A DNA stretch of 64,000 bases. Source: Leucoraja ocellata. Lineage: Eukaryota. Of this stretch, positions 13,567 to 24,689 are shown in pieces. The DNA lies in NCBI GenBank assembly GCA_036785375.1, contig JAWMAR010000059.1, forward strand, positions 1,736,001 through 1,800,000, given 5' to 3'. How positions within the stretch are numbered: position 1 is the stretch's first letter; the number at the start of each line of letters is the position of its first letter. The position numbers were made by a program, and so were the translations under genes. The notes beneath the pieces are model-generated. The model was not told the DNA's origin, ran no database searches, and saw nothing but the letters and a program-made list of their open reading frames with translations.

Positions 13567-13933
13567 CTGATGATGCTGTTACACTGCCCGCACAGTGGGG
13601 TGCGGCTGCTGGCAGGGAAGCGCTCTGCTCTCTGCACCAGGTTGCGGATGCCCCCGGCGGTCTGGCCGGGCAGCGGGCCGTGAGCGGGTTCACGGGCAGG
13701 AGGCTGGGGCGGCGCCAACACCGGCAGCTTGGGCGGAGCAGAGTGAGGCAGCGGCTGGATGTGTTTGGTCAGCGTGGTGGTGCTTTTCCCCGCCTGAAAC
13801 TTCTGGGCAAAGGTGTCGTCTGTCACCCACGGCGGGCGGCTGCCCGATGCCGGGGGCTGCACGGATTCCAGCGATGCAGCTGGCTTGGCCACGTTGAATG
13901 CAGCCGTGCTGCTGTGCACCTGAGCAGGGGGGG
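13567..13933 (-). CDS. LDB3: LDB3 exon, Pro-rich linker and start of LIM1
   Basis: Contains RPPWVTDDTFAQKF and [24 protein letters not shown] (LDB3 signature). Acceptor ttttattgcccag gives the phase-1 start needed after the upstream exon (367 nt); donor gtacgc. Confidence 0.93.
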
Positions 13934-14389
13934 CTGGGCAATAAAACACACACGCAATCAGATTGCAAAGTGCAAACTCCACAAACTCCCACCGCCAAAC
14001 TCTTGCAAGTTTTTAAAACTCCCTCCCATCGATATAAAAAGTCTAGCCGAAGGCTGGAGTTCACAGACGTCTGCCCGTGAAATTAAACTGAACATTCTCC
14101 CACTGATTGCGGAAATGTTAATACATTTTCAGCAGAATTAGGCCATTCGGCCCATCAAGTCTACGCTGTCATTCAATCATGGCTGATCTATCTCTTTCTC
14201 CTTACCCCATTCTCCTGCCTTCTCCCCATAACCCTTGACACCCATACTAATCAAGAATCTATCTATCGCTGCCTTAAATATATCCATTGACTTGGCCTCC
14301 ACAGCTGTCTGTGGCAATGAATCACTCCCATCACTCCCTCCTCTCTGGGAAACTGCTCCTGCAGTGGGAGCGGCTGCTCCAGTCATTAC

Positions 14390-14493
14390 CTTTGGGCTGC
14401 TGATAGGGAGCAGGTCTGATGCTTGCCGTGCTGACCACGTTGGGTTTGGAGGCAGGCACTGGGGGCGGGGGGCCGCCGCTTCTGAAGCCGTCA
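14390..14493 (-). CDS. LDB3: LDB3 linker exon
   Basis: tttctctttcccccacag / gtaatg, 104 nt, phase 2 to 1; DGFRSGGPPPPVPASKPNVVSTASIRPAPYQQPK resembles mammalian KPRVVTTASIRPSVYQP. Confidence 0.9.
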
Positions 14494-15247
14494 CTGTGGG
14501 GGAAAGAGAAAAAATACAGGGTGGAGAGTGAGTGGGGGAATGCGGGGAGTGGAGGCAGGTTGGTCAACAGGTAGCGAACTGCAAGAGTCCTCTCATCATC
14601 AATGGCGCAGACCTCCGGTCAGGCGGGGGAGCCAGAGAGTCGGATCCTGGAAGTGGAATGAGTGGCCAACTCTCACCCACACTCCATGGTAAATTACAGA
14701 AGCATTAGTTGTCTGTGATTATGGCAGCAGCAACTGTTAATCGCAATCAGGCTCTCGTGGCCCCAGCCCAGTGTGAGGAGCTTGGTTTGGCAATGCTCGA
14801 TCCAAGATGGTACACCAAGCCAAGGGACTCTTTGGATGTTGGTCATCGGTAATCACCCATTACAATCGCTCCGCTCTTTCAAATCTCTCTGTACACTGTG
14901 GATGGCTCGACGGTAATCATGTACTGTCTTTCCGCCGATAGACACAAAAAGCTGAAGTAACTCAGGACTCTGGACAGGCAGCATCTTTGGAGAGAAGGAA
15001 TGGGTGACGTTTTGGGTCGAGACCCTTTCCGCTGCCTGGTTAGCACGCAACAAAAGCTTTTCACTGTACACATGACAATAAATAAACTAAACTAAAAACA
15101 TTTTCCTCTTTTTTTATCCCCCCAGGTTTTTGCCACTTATTGTCGTCCGGTTGTACTTTTGGCGGGAGCGGCGGGTCAGGGGGCAACAAGGGCAATAGCC
15201 AGTGTAATGGCGGTGCGGAACTGGCATTAAACATCCTGCATTCCACT

Positions 15248-15759
15248 TAGGGTTGCCAACTGTCCCGTATTAGCCGGGACATCCCATATTTTGGGCTAAA
15301 TTGGTTTGTCCCGTACAGCACTGCCCTTGTCCCGTATTTGACTGCTACTACTCGGGTCGAGGGGACTGTCGGGTCAGAGCGCCACGTCCGGCCCCGCCTC
15401 ACCCGTCCCGACGTAGTGCAGCCCATGGAGTGCAGCAGCAGCACCTCACCCGTGGCCCCGTCGGTCGGCAGCCCAGCCAGCTGTCCGACCTTCAGACATT
15501 CGCTTACCACCGACACCACCTTCTCATGGCCGATCATCGGTTCACGCGTTGGATGGGGTGATGGACTTTGCGTGTGACATCACGCGGGCCAAAACTCCTC
15601 AGCTGGCCCGCCGGCTGGGGTTTGTGTGCAGTCCAGCACCCGGGCCAACTCATTATTCACCCAGACACGGCCCAGTCAGTAATCAAATTGCCGTCGGGTA
15701 TTTGTCTCGTATTTTGACATTTTGTCCCTTATTTGGGAGTGAGAAAGTTGGCAACTCTA
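15248..15759. mobile_element. Non-autonomous hAT-type DNA transposon
   Basis: TIRs tagggttgccaact / agttggcaactcta; near-perfect 8-bp TSD attccact / gttccact. Confidence 0.8.
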
Positions 15760-18352
15760 GTTCCACTCACGCTCTCCCCGCCAGTGCTCACGATGACCTT
15801 TCAGCAAGAGACATCTATAACAAGGATAGACACAAAATGCTGGGACAGGCAGCATCTCTGGAGAGAGGGAATGGGTGACGTTTCAGGTCGAGTCCCTTCT
15901 TCAGACTGAGAGTCAGGGGAGCGGGAAACTAGATGTATGGAAGGGTTTACAAAGAGAATGTAAGGTGTGAAAATGACCGATCAAAGCAGATGATGATAAA
16001 ACGTGGTGGTGGAGATGGAGCAGGAGCAGCGAGAACTCTCATCAGAGAACTTCTTCAGAGTAGTCTATAACAAAGTTCATCGGGTCAAAAGTGATAGGAG
16101 CAGAATTAGACCATTCGGCCCATCAAGTCTACTCTGCCATTCAATCATGGCTGATCTATCTCTCCTTCCTAACCCCATTCTCCTGCCTTCTCACCATAAC
16201 CCCTGACACCCATACTAATCAAGAATCTATCAATCTCTGCCTTAAAAATATCCAATGACTTTGCCTTTGTAGCCTTCTGTGGCAAAGAATTCCACAGATT
16301 CCTCCTCATCTCAATTTCTAAAGTTACGTCCTGTTGTTCTGAGGATGTGGCTTCTGGTCCTAGACTCTCCCAATAATGGAGACATCCTCTCCACATCCAC
16401 TCGATCCAGGCCTTTCACAATTTGATGTATCGAAATCGTTTATATATACGACAAACAACAATGAGCCCAGCATCGTTCCCAGAGACACAACACTGATCAG
16501 GGACTCTCGTCCGATAACGAACCTGCCACCATCAACTTCTGCTTCCTACCATCAAGCCAATTAGGTATCCAATTAGTCCCATAGTTCCCTTACCTTCCAG
16601 ATGACCACAATCTTGTCAAACCTTTGTTTCAAGTCCATATCAGTAACGTCCAATGCTCTGCCCTTATCAATCCTCGGGCATTAAGAGAGCACTTTGTACT
16701 TATGTACCTTCAGTTTCCAATGCAGGAGTGGCTTTACCAAGCTCCTGCCCAGAGAAAAGGAATCCAGAGACAAAAGGGACCGTTCCCCGTGAATATCACG
16801 TGCTCACCGTCCCTTGCACCTCGTACAAACAGGTTGCTGCAGATGTTGATTTGCACAAAAGAAAACGAAGTGCAAGAGTAACTCAGGGCTTCTGGAGCAT
16901 CTCCGGAGAACATGGCTAGATTATATTTTGGGTCGGGACCCTTCTTCATGTCATAAGTCCATAGGTTATAGGAGCAGAATTAGTCCATCAGGTCTACTCC
17001 GCCATTCAATCGTGGCTGATCTATCTTTCCCTCTCAACCCCATTCTCCTGCCTTCTCCGCAAAACCCCTGACACCCAAATTAATCAGGAATCTGTCAATC
17101 TCCGCCTTAAAAAATATCCATTGACTTGGCCTCCACAGCCGTCTGTGGCAATGAATTGCACTGATTCACCACCCTCTGACTAAAGAAATTCCTCCTCATC
17201 TTCCTAAAGGTATGTCCTTATATTCTGAGGCTTTGGCCTCTGGTCCTAGACTCTCCCACTATTGGAGACATCCTCTCCACATCCACTCTACCCATGTCTG
17301 AAGAAGGGACCCGGCTCGAAACGCCACCTGTCCATATTCTCCAGAGATGCTGCCTGAGCCACCGAGTTACTCCATCACTTAGCGTCCTTTCCTTCCACTT
17401 TCCTTGTGAAACACAGATGTGACTTAAAATGTCTCAGTCAGCAGGTCCTGTGCCCCAGAGCCAGGTAGACGGACTGCGGTGATAATTTAAGAAAGAGCCG
17501 CATATTAGTTATGGATTTGCCAGTTACATCAGCATGCAAGTTGTGTCCACTTCTTTTTTTAGAGAGTTATGTCTTCCAAGCTATGTTGCTTTTGTGCAGG
17601 TTAGCAAAGAAAGGCCATATACTGGGTTTCAGTACAGTTGGGTCAGATTTGGAGTCTACCAAACTAAAACCCACAAGGTTGGGAGAGAAAGAGATTAGCA
17701 AACCAGGGATGATTGGGTTAACATTTGATGGGCGTTTGATGGCACTGGGCATGTACTTGCTGGAGGTTACAAGGGTGAGGGGGATCTCATTGAAACTTAC
17801 TGAATAGTGAAATAGAGTGAATGTGGAGAGGATGTTTCCACTAGTGGGAGAGTCTAGGACCAGAGGCCACAGCCTCAGAATAAAAGGACATACCTAGTGG
17901 AATTCTCTGCCTCAGAGGGCGTTGGAGGCAGGTTCTCTGGATGCTTTCAAGAGAGAACTAGATAGGGCTCTTACAAATAGCCCTATAATAGTCAGGGGAT
18001 ATGGGGAGAAGGCAGGAATGGGGTACTGATTGGGGATGATCAGCCATGATCACATTGAATGGAGGTGCTGGCTCGAAGGAAATGGGCGACGTTTCGGGTC
18101 GAAACCCTTCTTCAGACTGTTGTGAGGGTGGAGTGGACTTGATGTTAGCCTCGTTTAAATGCAGAAATGCGCCTGCGCTGTGAAGGAAGCAGGAGCAATG
18201 CACGTATCCATGCAACGTGAATACTTGGTGCCTCTGTTAACTGGTTAATATTGCACTGCATTAGTGCATGAGTGCAATGCCCTTGTGGGTAACTGCATTA
18301 GTGCTCTGTTACCAACTTGTACTGACTTAGACACAAATCAGTAGGAAAGTAC

Positions 18353-18418
18353 CTAGTTCTAGTGACGTGAGCAGATTCAGCCTGCTGGTTAAGGGAGGAA
18401 GAGGTCGTCTGCTGCCAA
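18353..18418 (-). CDS. LDB3: Probable LDB3 linker exon (66 nt, symmetric phase 2)
   Basis: Strong acceptor ttttgtctccttttcaacgcag, donor AG|gtact, open frame WQQTTSSSLNQQAESAHVTRT; ACTAAT twice and TGCATG downstream. Homology is weak. Confidence 0.62.
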
Positions 18419-19422
18419 CTGCGTTGAAAAGGAGACAAAATAATGTTAATCTCAACTCCCTCGGCAAACATAACACATAGTGCAGTTTCTCCTGCAGAGC
18501 AGAGACTGCTGACTTCCAAAAAGCCTGGTGATTTCATTTGTTGAAATACATTCAAAATATTTTAAGGAATGGCAAGAGAATACAGAACAACGAAATGAAA
18601 TATTGCTTTCCGTTAAGATCTGACTTTATTTGGCCAGAGCAAAATGTGCATCCGTCCCCAATAATTTGCCGCGGGTAAAGGCAGCTCGGGGTCAGCGGGA
18701 CTGCACATAAACTGTGTCCAAGATTGGAGCTTGGGGATTAGTGCTTGTAGCTTTACAAGCCAAGGCTCTGAGCAACAGCATGCACTTCCCAGAGCTACGG
18801 CAGCAAGTTCCATCTCCAACTTGGATTCATGTTTCTAAATTTTCTGCTGGGATCAAAATTATACAAAATTTGCCCCAATGACAATAGACGATAGGTGCAC
18901 AGTAGGCCATTCGGCCCTTCGAGCGAGCACCGCCATTCAATGTGATCATGGCTGATCATCCCGAATCCCCGTTCCTGCCTTCTCCCCATATCCCCCGACT
19001 CCGATATTTTTAAGAGTCCTCTATTGAAAGCATCCAGAGAACCTGCCTCCACCGCCTTCTGAGGCAGAGAATTCCACAGACTCACCACTCTCTGTGAGAA
19101 AAAGTGTTTCCTCGTCTCTGTTCTAAATGGCTTACTCCTTATTCCTAGGTCATAGGTAAGGTCATCAGTGATAGGAGCAGAATTAGGCCATTCAGCCCAT
19201 CGAATTGAATCCGCCATTCAATCATGGCTGATCTATCCTTCCCTCTCATCCACACACCCCTGTCTTTGCCCTATGACCCCTGACACCCGTACTAATCTAG
19301 AATCTAATCAGATCATACTCAATTCTATGCTTACAGTGTAGAGCACTACAGTTGCTGAAATGTAAGCGGGGACATTCATTTTTGGACTTTTACCCTTGCT
19401 ATCCATAAGCATCTTGACTTAC

Positions 19423-19447
19423 TTGTCTGCCTGTGCTGAGGATGATA
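19423..19447 (-). CDS. Candidate 25-nt LDB3 microexon (phase 1 to 2)
   Basis: tgttcatttgacatgcag / gtaagt; reads xSSSAQAD; in frame only together with a phase 2 to 1 partner. Confidence 0.3.
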
Positions 19448-21773
19448 CTGCATGTCAAATGAACAACATGTTAATATTTCTAAATACAGTGGCACAAATG
19501 CGATCACGGGTCCACCACCGGTTCTCCAGTTCTTGGTGTGCTTGGTTCCAGAGCCTTTGTGGATTCTCCGTTTTGCCTGACCAACGGAGGTCACGGCCTC
19601 AGAGACACTGACCCGCAAAGTCAGCCTCGGATTAAATTCTCTGGATTAAAGTGGGGCCGGATCACCAGTTGCTGGAAAATCGGTGGTGAAGCTGTATCTA
19701 TCTGACCATGTCAACCACTGTTACATGACCCTAACTGGAGAAGCCCACTACCCTGGTCAAAGCAAAGTGTCTACTCTTCTAAAAAGAAGACAGACACAAA
19801 AAGCTGGAGTAACTCAGCGGGACAGGCAGCGTCTCTGGAGACAAGGAATGGGTGACCTTTTCGGGCCTGCCCCGCTGAGTTACTCCAGTCTATCTTCGGT
19901 TAAAACCAGCATTTGCAGTTCCTTCCTACACATTATGCCTACTCTTCTGACAGGGAACTCTGTCCCAGAGGCGAAAGGTCAGTGGCCAAAACACAATGCC
20001 AACCCCCAGAAGAGATGGTCTTGCATTGGGCTGAGATTCAATCACAGACCTAGAAATTCTATCTTAATAAAGAGAAACATGGTCTTGGAGAAAGAACGCG
20101 GGGAAAGGTTAGCATCTGCCTGCCTGTTGAAAGTAGCGCTCAGAGAGACTCCCTGGAGATTCATCAGTTGCAGTAAAAGCCGATTCCACATTTATTAGTG
20201 CAACCGCCAATTAAGAAAAGAGCGATTATTATTAAAATATTAAAATTATCTTTGTAAATTGCCATCGCGTTGAAACAAAGGCCAGAGAAACCCCACACGG
20301 TGGGAGAGGTGAAGCTAGTTTGTAACTGGGCGTCACAGCTGCATATTAGGCATGAGTGGGGTGAAGAGGGTGGGGGAGGCAGAAGCTTTCTTCATGCTGT
20401 CCACATGGGGAGGGTATACATGGAACGTTTATCGTGGCAGACCCAACTCCAAGCGAGGATTCATTCTAAAAAACCTATTAACATTATCACCCCAGGTCAG
20501 ATATCGCTCAATTCACTTTTAATTACATTTTAATTTCAAGTTTTCGTGTACCTGATTGTGTGTTATGACTGTTGGCAGACAAATTTCCCCAAAGAATGCG
20601 GGGATGAATAAAATTCTATCCTATCGTAATAAATTTGTTATTTACAACCGTCTGGTGTTGCAGATATAACTCACTGAACACTTCGCAGCTGAGAGCTTCT
20701 GGCTTCATGTCATTTGGGATTGAACCTGAGTCACTGGCGCTGCGAGGCAGCAGCACTACCTGCTGCGAGCCCAACGTCCCAGTTCCAAACCCAGAGAGCC
20801 CGCTCGTGGTGAACAAGAGTATCAGACCATCAGGTGACCGAGTGCAGTCCCTGTATACACATCGCAGGCTCTGGCCCCAGTATCTCTCCCTCCACCACCA
20901 CCCCTGACACCACACTCATGAAGGGGGGGGAGCAGGCTCCTCACAGCACAGGAAGAAAGGACCACTTATCCCACTCTGCCTTCTCACATCTCAACACTGC
21001 TTTACTTTAGCGCCTTCTGCAAACTCAGGAGATGCCACGTCATCTTTCCAGCAACTGTCCAGCCACTCGTGGGTATAAAGCTCGCCGACTTCCAACAAAA
21101 AGTGAGCTACGGGGCAGATCGCTAGTGTTAAGGTGTTGCCTGTGGGATACATATTAGGCGAGGATATGGAGGACAACGGGTGATACAGTGGGAGAGTTGC
21201 TGCCTTACAGCACCAGAGACCCGGGTTCGATCCTGACTACAGGCGCTTGTCTGTACGGAGCATGTACGTTCTCCCCGTGACCTCGTGGGTTTTCTCCGGG
21301 TGCTCCGGTTTGCTCCCACGCTCCAAAGACGTGCTGGTTTGTAGGTTAATTGGCTTCGGTAAAATTGTAAATTGTTCCTAGTGTGTAGGATAGTGCTAGT
21401 GTGCGGGGTGATCATTGGTCGGGACGGACTCGGTGGGCCGAAGAGTCTTTGTCTGCGCTGTAACTCTAGAGTCTAAAGACTAAAATAGGAACCTGAGGGG
21501 TAACTTTTTCATACAAAGAGTTGTGGGATTATGGAACTAGCTGATGTAGGAAGTAGTTAAGGCAGGGACTATCACCTGGTTAAGAAACATTTAGACAGGT
21601 ACATGGATAGGATAGGTTTAGAAGTCTATGGGCCAAAAGCAGGCAGGAGGGACTAGTATAGATGGGACATGTTGGCTGGTGTGGGCAAGTTGGGCTGAAG
21701 GGCCTGTTTCCCTGCTGTATCACTCTATGACTAAAGTCTGACAACTAGCTCAGTGGTGCCTTGGGATCGTCAA

Positions 21774-21792
21774 TGGCCTCTAGAGGGCAGAT
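21774..21792 (+). promoter_or_regulatory. Candidate CTCF site
   Basis: TGGCCTCTAGAGGGCAGAT matches the CTCF core; motif match only. Confidence 0.35.
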
Positions 21793-21836
21793 GTGAGCTA
21801 AGTTCCACCTCTCTTGCAACAACACACTTTGGTACT

Positions 21837-21993
21837 GAAGGTAGACAAAAGTGCTGGAGAAACTCAGCGGGTGCAGCAGCATCTATGGAGCGAAGGAAAT
21901 AGGCAACGTTTCGGGACGAAACGTTGCCTATTTCCTTCGCTCCATAGATGCTGCTGCACCCGCTGAGTTTCTCCAGCACTTTTGTCTACCTTC
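21837..21993. mobile_element. Perfect 77-bp-arm palindrome (Penelope terminal-repeat derived)
   Basis: Arms 21837-21913 and 21917-21993 are exact reverse complements around a 3-nt loop (gga). Confidence 0.9.
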
Positions 21994-22342
21994 GATTTTC
22001 CAGCATCTTAAACGCTTTGGTACTGAACTTGTGGATCAGCCAGGATTTTGTGCTCAGTTCTCTCGGCATGGAGTCTGGAATCCCCAAACTCTTGGCTCAG
22101 AGGCCAGCTCTGAATTATTAGAACATAACTCACACAGAGGGAGCAGGTGGGAACAGTGTTGTATTGGGCGGCAGGATGGCACAGCGGTAGAGTTGCTGCC
22201 TTACAGCGCCAGAGAGACCCAGGTTCGATCCTGACTACTTCTGATTCCTTCCGGTTTCCTCCCACACTCCAAAAACGTGTGTAGGTTAATTGGCTTTGGT
22301 AAGAATTGTAAATTGTTCCTAGTGTGTAGGAGTGTGCTAGTG

Positions 22343-22680
22343 CAGTGATTCCCAACCCCAAAGGGGCTATGGCAAATTTCAGGGGGGGCCACCGAAACAC
22401 TTTGGGAGTTAGGGGGCCACAGGTTCAATGAAGGGGGCCACAGAGCTACCACCCTGTTGCCTCCTAAAACTCAGTTCTAATAAATTTAAATCTATGTCGT
22501 TGAAATATTTTTGATGTTTGTGGAATAGAATAAAAGTGAATATAAGTGCAATTAATAGATACTGATATTTTTATGGAAGGTATTATAATATTTTTTCCGC
22601 TAATAATGTCAGGGGGGGGGGGCACAGAAAAATGAAATATCCCAAGGGGGCCATGAGCTAAAAAAGGTTGGGAATCACTG
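22343..22680. mobile_element. hAT (Charlie-like) MITE inserted in a V-SINE
   Basis: Perfect 15-bp TIR cagtgattcccaacc; 8-bp TSD tgctagtg at 22335-22342 and 22681-22688. Confidence 0.9.
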
Positions 22681-23450
22681 TGCTAGTGAATGGGGATCAC
22701 TGGTCAGCTTCGGACTCGGTGGACTGAAGGAGCCGTTTCTGCACTGTACCTCTAAACTAAACTAAGACTGGAGAGACAGAGGAACAGGTGCATCTTCTGC
22801 CTGAGAAACTGCAATATATCTGCAACACACCAATTCATATCTTAACACACGCTAATATTCATTCCGGACAGAAGTCAGGATGAACAGTTCAACTATTGCC
22901 AGGGCTTGTTGTACAGTTATTAATCCATGTGTATCCGTATATGCTCTGCACATGTGGCCCTTTGCTGGATTAGTTTCCACTGAGTTATGGTACCTCATCT
23001 TGGCCTTTCCCAGGGGAACGGCACTAGGTCGGGTTCGTTGGGGCAAATAGGACGCGTTGAAAAGAGGAGTGATGCAAATCGCCTCTAAAGCAGTCCTTGG
23101 TTTGGGTGGCTTGACATCGGATCTACTCCGAGAAGAACGTTAGAGAAACACATGTATTACAAAGACTATAGAAGATAAACACAATGAGCTGCAGTAACTC
23201 AGCGGGTCAGGCAGCTCCTCCAGAGAGAAGGATTAGGTGGCGTTTTGGGTCGAGGCCCCCCTTCTTCAGACTGAGGGTCAGGGGAGAGGGAAACGAGAGA
23301 TAGAGACGGTGATATAGAGAGATGTGGAACAAATGAATGGAAGATATGCAAAATGTAATGATGATCAAGGAAGGTGGAGCTCACAATGGAAATAGACACT
23401 GAAGCTAGTAAGGTGACTCGGGTGGGGGAGGGATGGAGAGAGAGGGAAAG

Positions 23451-23965
23451 GACATTCTTGCTATTGAGGGAGTGCAGCGTAGGTTTACAAGGTTCATTCC
23501 CGGGATGGCGGGACTGTCATATGCTAAGAGAATGGAGCAGCTGGGCTTGTACACTCTGGAGTTTAGAAGGATGAGAGGGCATCTCATTGAAACATATAAG
23601 ATTGTTAAGGGTTTGGACACACTAGAGGCAGGAAACATGTTCCCGATGTTGGGGGAGTCCAGAACCAGGGGCCACAGTTTAAGAATAAGGAGTAAGCCAT
23701 TTAGAACGGAGACGAGGAAACACTTTTTCTCACAGAGAGTGGTGAGTGTGGAATTCTCTGCCTCAGAGGGCGGTGGAGGTAGGTTCTCTGGATGCTTTCA
23801 AGAGAGAGCTAAATAGGGCTCTTAAAAATAGCGGAGACAAGGGATATGGGGAGAAGGCAGGAACGGGGTACTGATTGGGGATGATCAGCCATGATCACAT
23901 TGAATGGCGGTGCTAGCTCGAAGGGCCAAATGGCCTACTCCTGCACCTATTGTCTATTGTCTATT
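23451..23965 (+). mobile_element. CR1-like LINE nested in the Penelope remnant
   Basis: RT C-terminal ORF, (ATTGTCT)n tail, gaaag repeated on both sides. Confidence 0.88.
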
Positions 23966-24140
23966 GAAAGCAAGGTTTACTTTAAGCTAGAGAAATCGAC
24001 ATTCATACCCCTGGGGCGTGAGCTGCCCAAGTGATATATGAGGTGCTGTTGCAAATGCCCTTTTGCGTTTGGCTTCACTCTGACAGTGGAGGAGGCCCAG
24101 AACAGAAAGGTCAATGTGGGAATGGGAGGGAGAGTTAAAG

Positions 24141-24361
24141 CAGGGGGGGTTCCCAACCTTTTTGGTCCCGCTCACCCCAGGCAACTTTAATAGCACATAA
24201 CAATGTCATTTCACTTATTTATGAACAACTAACGATGAACAGATACCAGTATACCAGAACCAAACACAGTCAGTCAATGAGAAAAAATATGTATATAATC
24301 CTAAATCAACAAATTGACCCCCTGGGTAGACATAATTTACTCCCCAGGTTGGGAACCCTTG
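24141..24361. mobile_element. hAT MITE nested in the Penelope GIY-YIG coding region
   Basis: TIRs cagg..ggttcccaacct / aggttgggaacccttg; 8-bp TSD agttaaag. Confidence 0.88.
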
Positions 24362-24689
24362 AGTTAAAGTGTTTAGCAACCAGGAGATCACATAGGCTAA
24401 GGCAGACTTGACAGAGGTGTTCAGCGAAATGATTGCCCAGTCTGCGCTTGGTCTTGCCGATATAAAGGAGATGATCGGGTTAATTTCACCAGTTTGGGTC
24501 AGTTCTCTGCTGACGTTTGCTGGCATTGGTGACTCTCCGGCCTAAGCTTGAGAAGCATCTCCTTACCGATGAACTCAGACTACGAGGGATGCCATGGCGT
24601 TTGGTCAAGGAGATCTCCATCCAATCTCACAGCCAGCAGAGGTCAGCGGGCAGAAGCACCCGGCTCTGATGGTTCTGCTCGTCAGCACG

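Larger units (their letters stand above)
23172..24470 (-). mobile_element. Penelope-like retroelement 3' remnant (GIY-YIG endonuclease plus terminal repeat) with two nested insertions
   Basis: With the insertions removed it reads LYIGKTKRRLGNHFAEHL...VAKHFNSPSHSHIDLSVLGLLHCQSEAKRK, followed by the ctgaagaaggg...aaacg repeat. Confidence 0.85.

Noticed and set aside
13567-13919. Alternative acceptor ctcag at 13920-13921
   Set aside because: It gives phase 0, out of frame with the phase-1 upstream exon; the acceptor at 13934-13935 fits.
20675-20688. 14-nt candidate exon (phase 2 to 1) that could pair with the 25-nt candidate
   Set aside because: The donor is good but there is almost no pyrimidine tract.
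23822-23831. MEF2-like site TTAAAAATAG
   Set aside because: It is part of the CR1 subfamily consensus, so it is not specific evidence of regulation.
24567-24620. ATG-initiated mini-exon MEISLTKRHGIPRSLSSS with a gtaagg donor
   Set aside because: It ends in phase 0, which does not fit the neighbouring LDB3 exons, and has no homology or promoter evidence.
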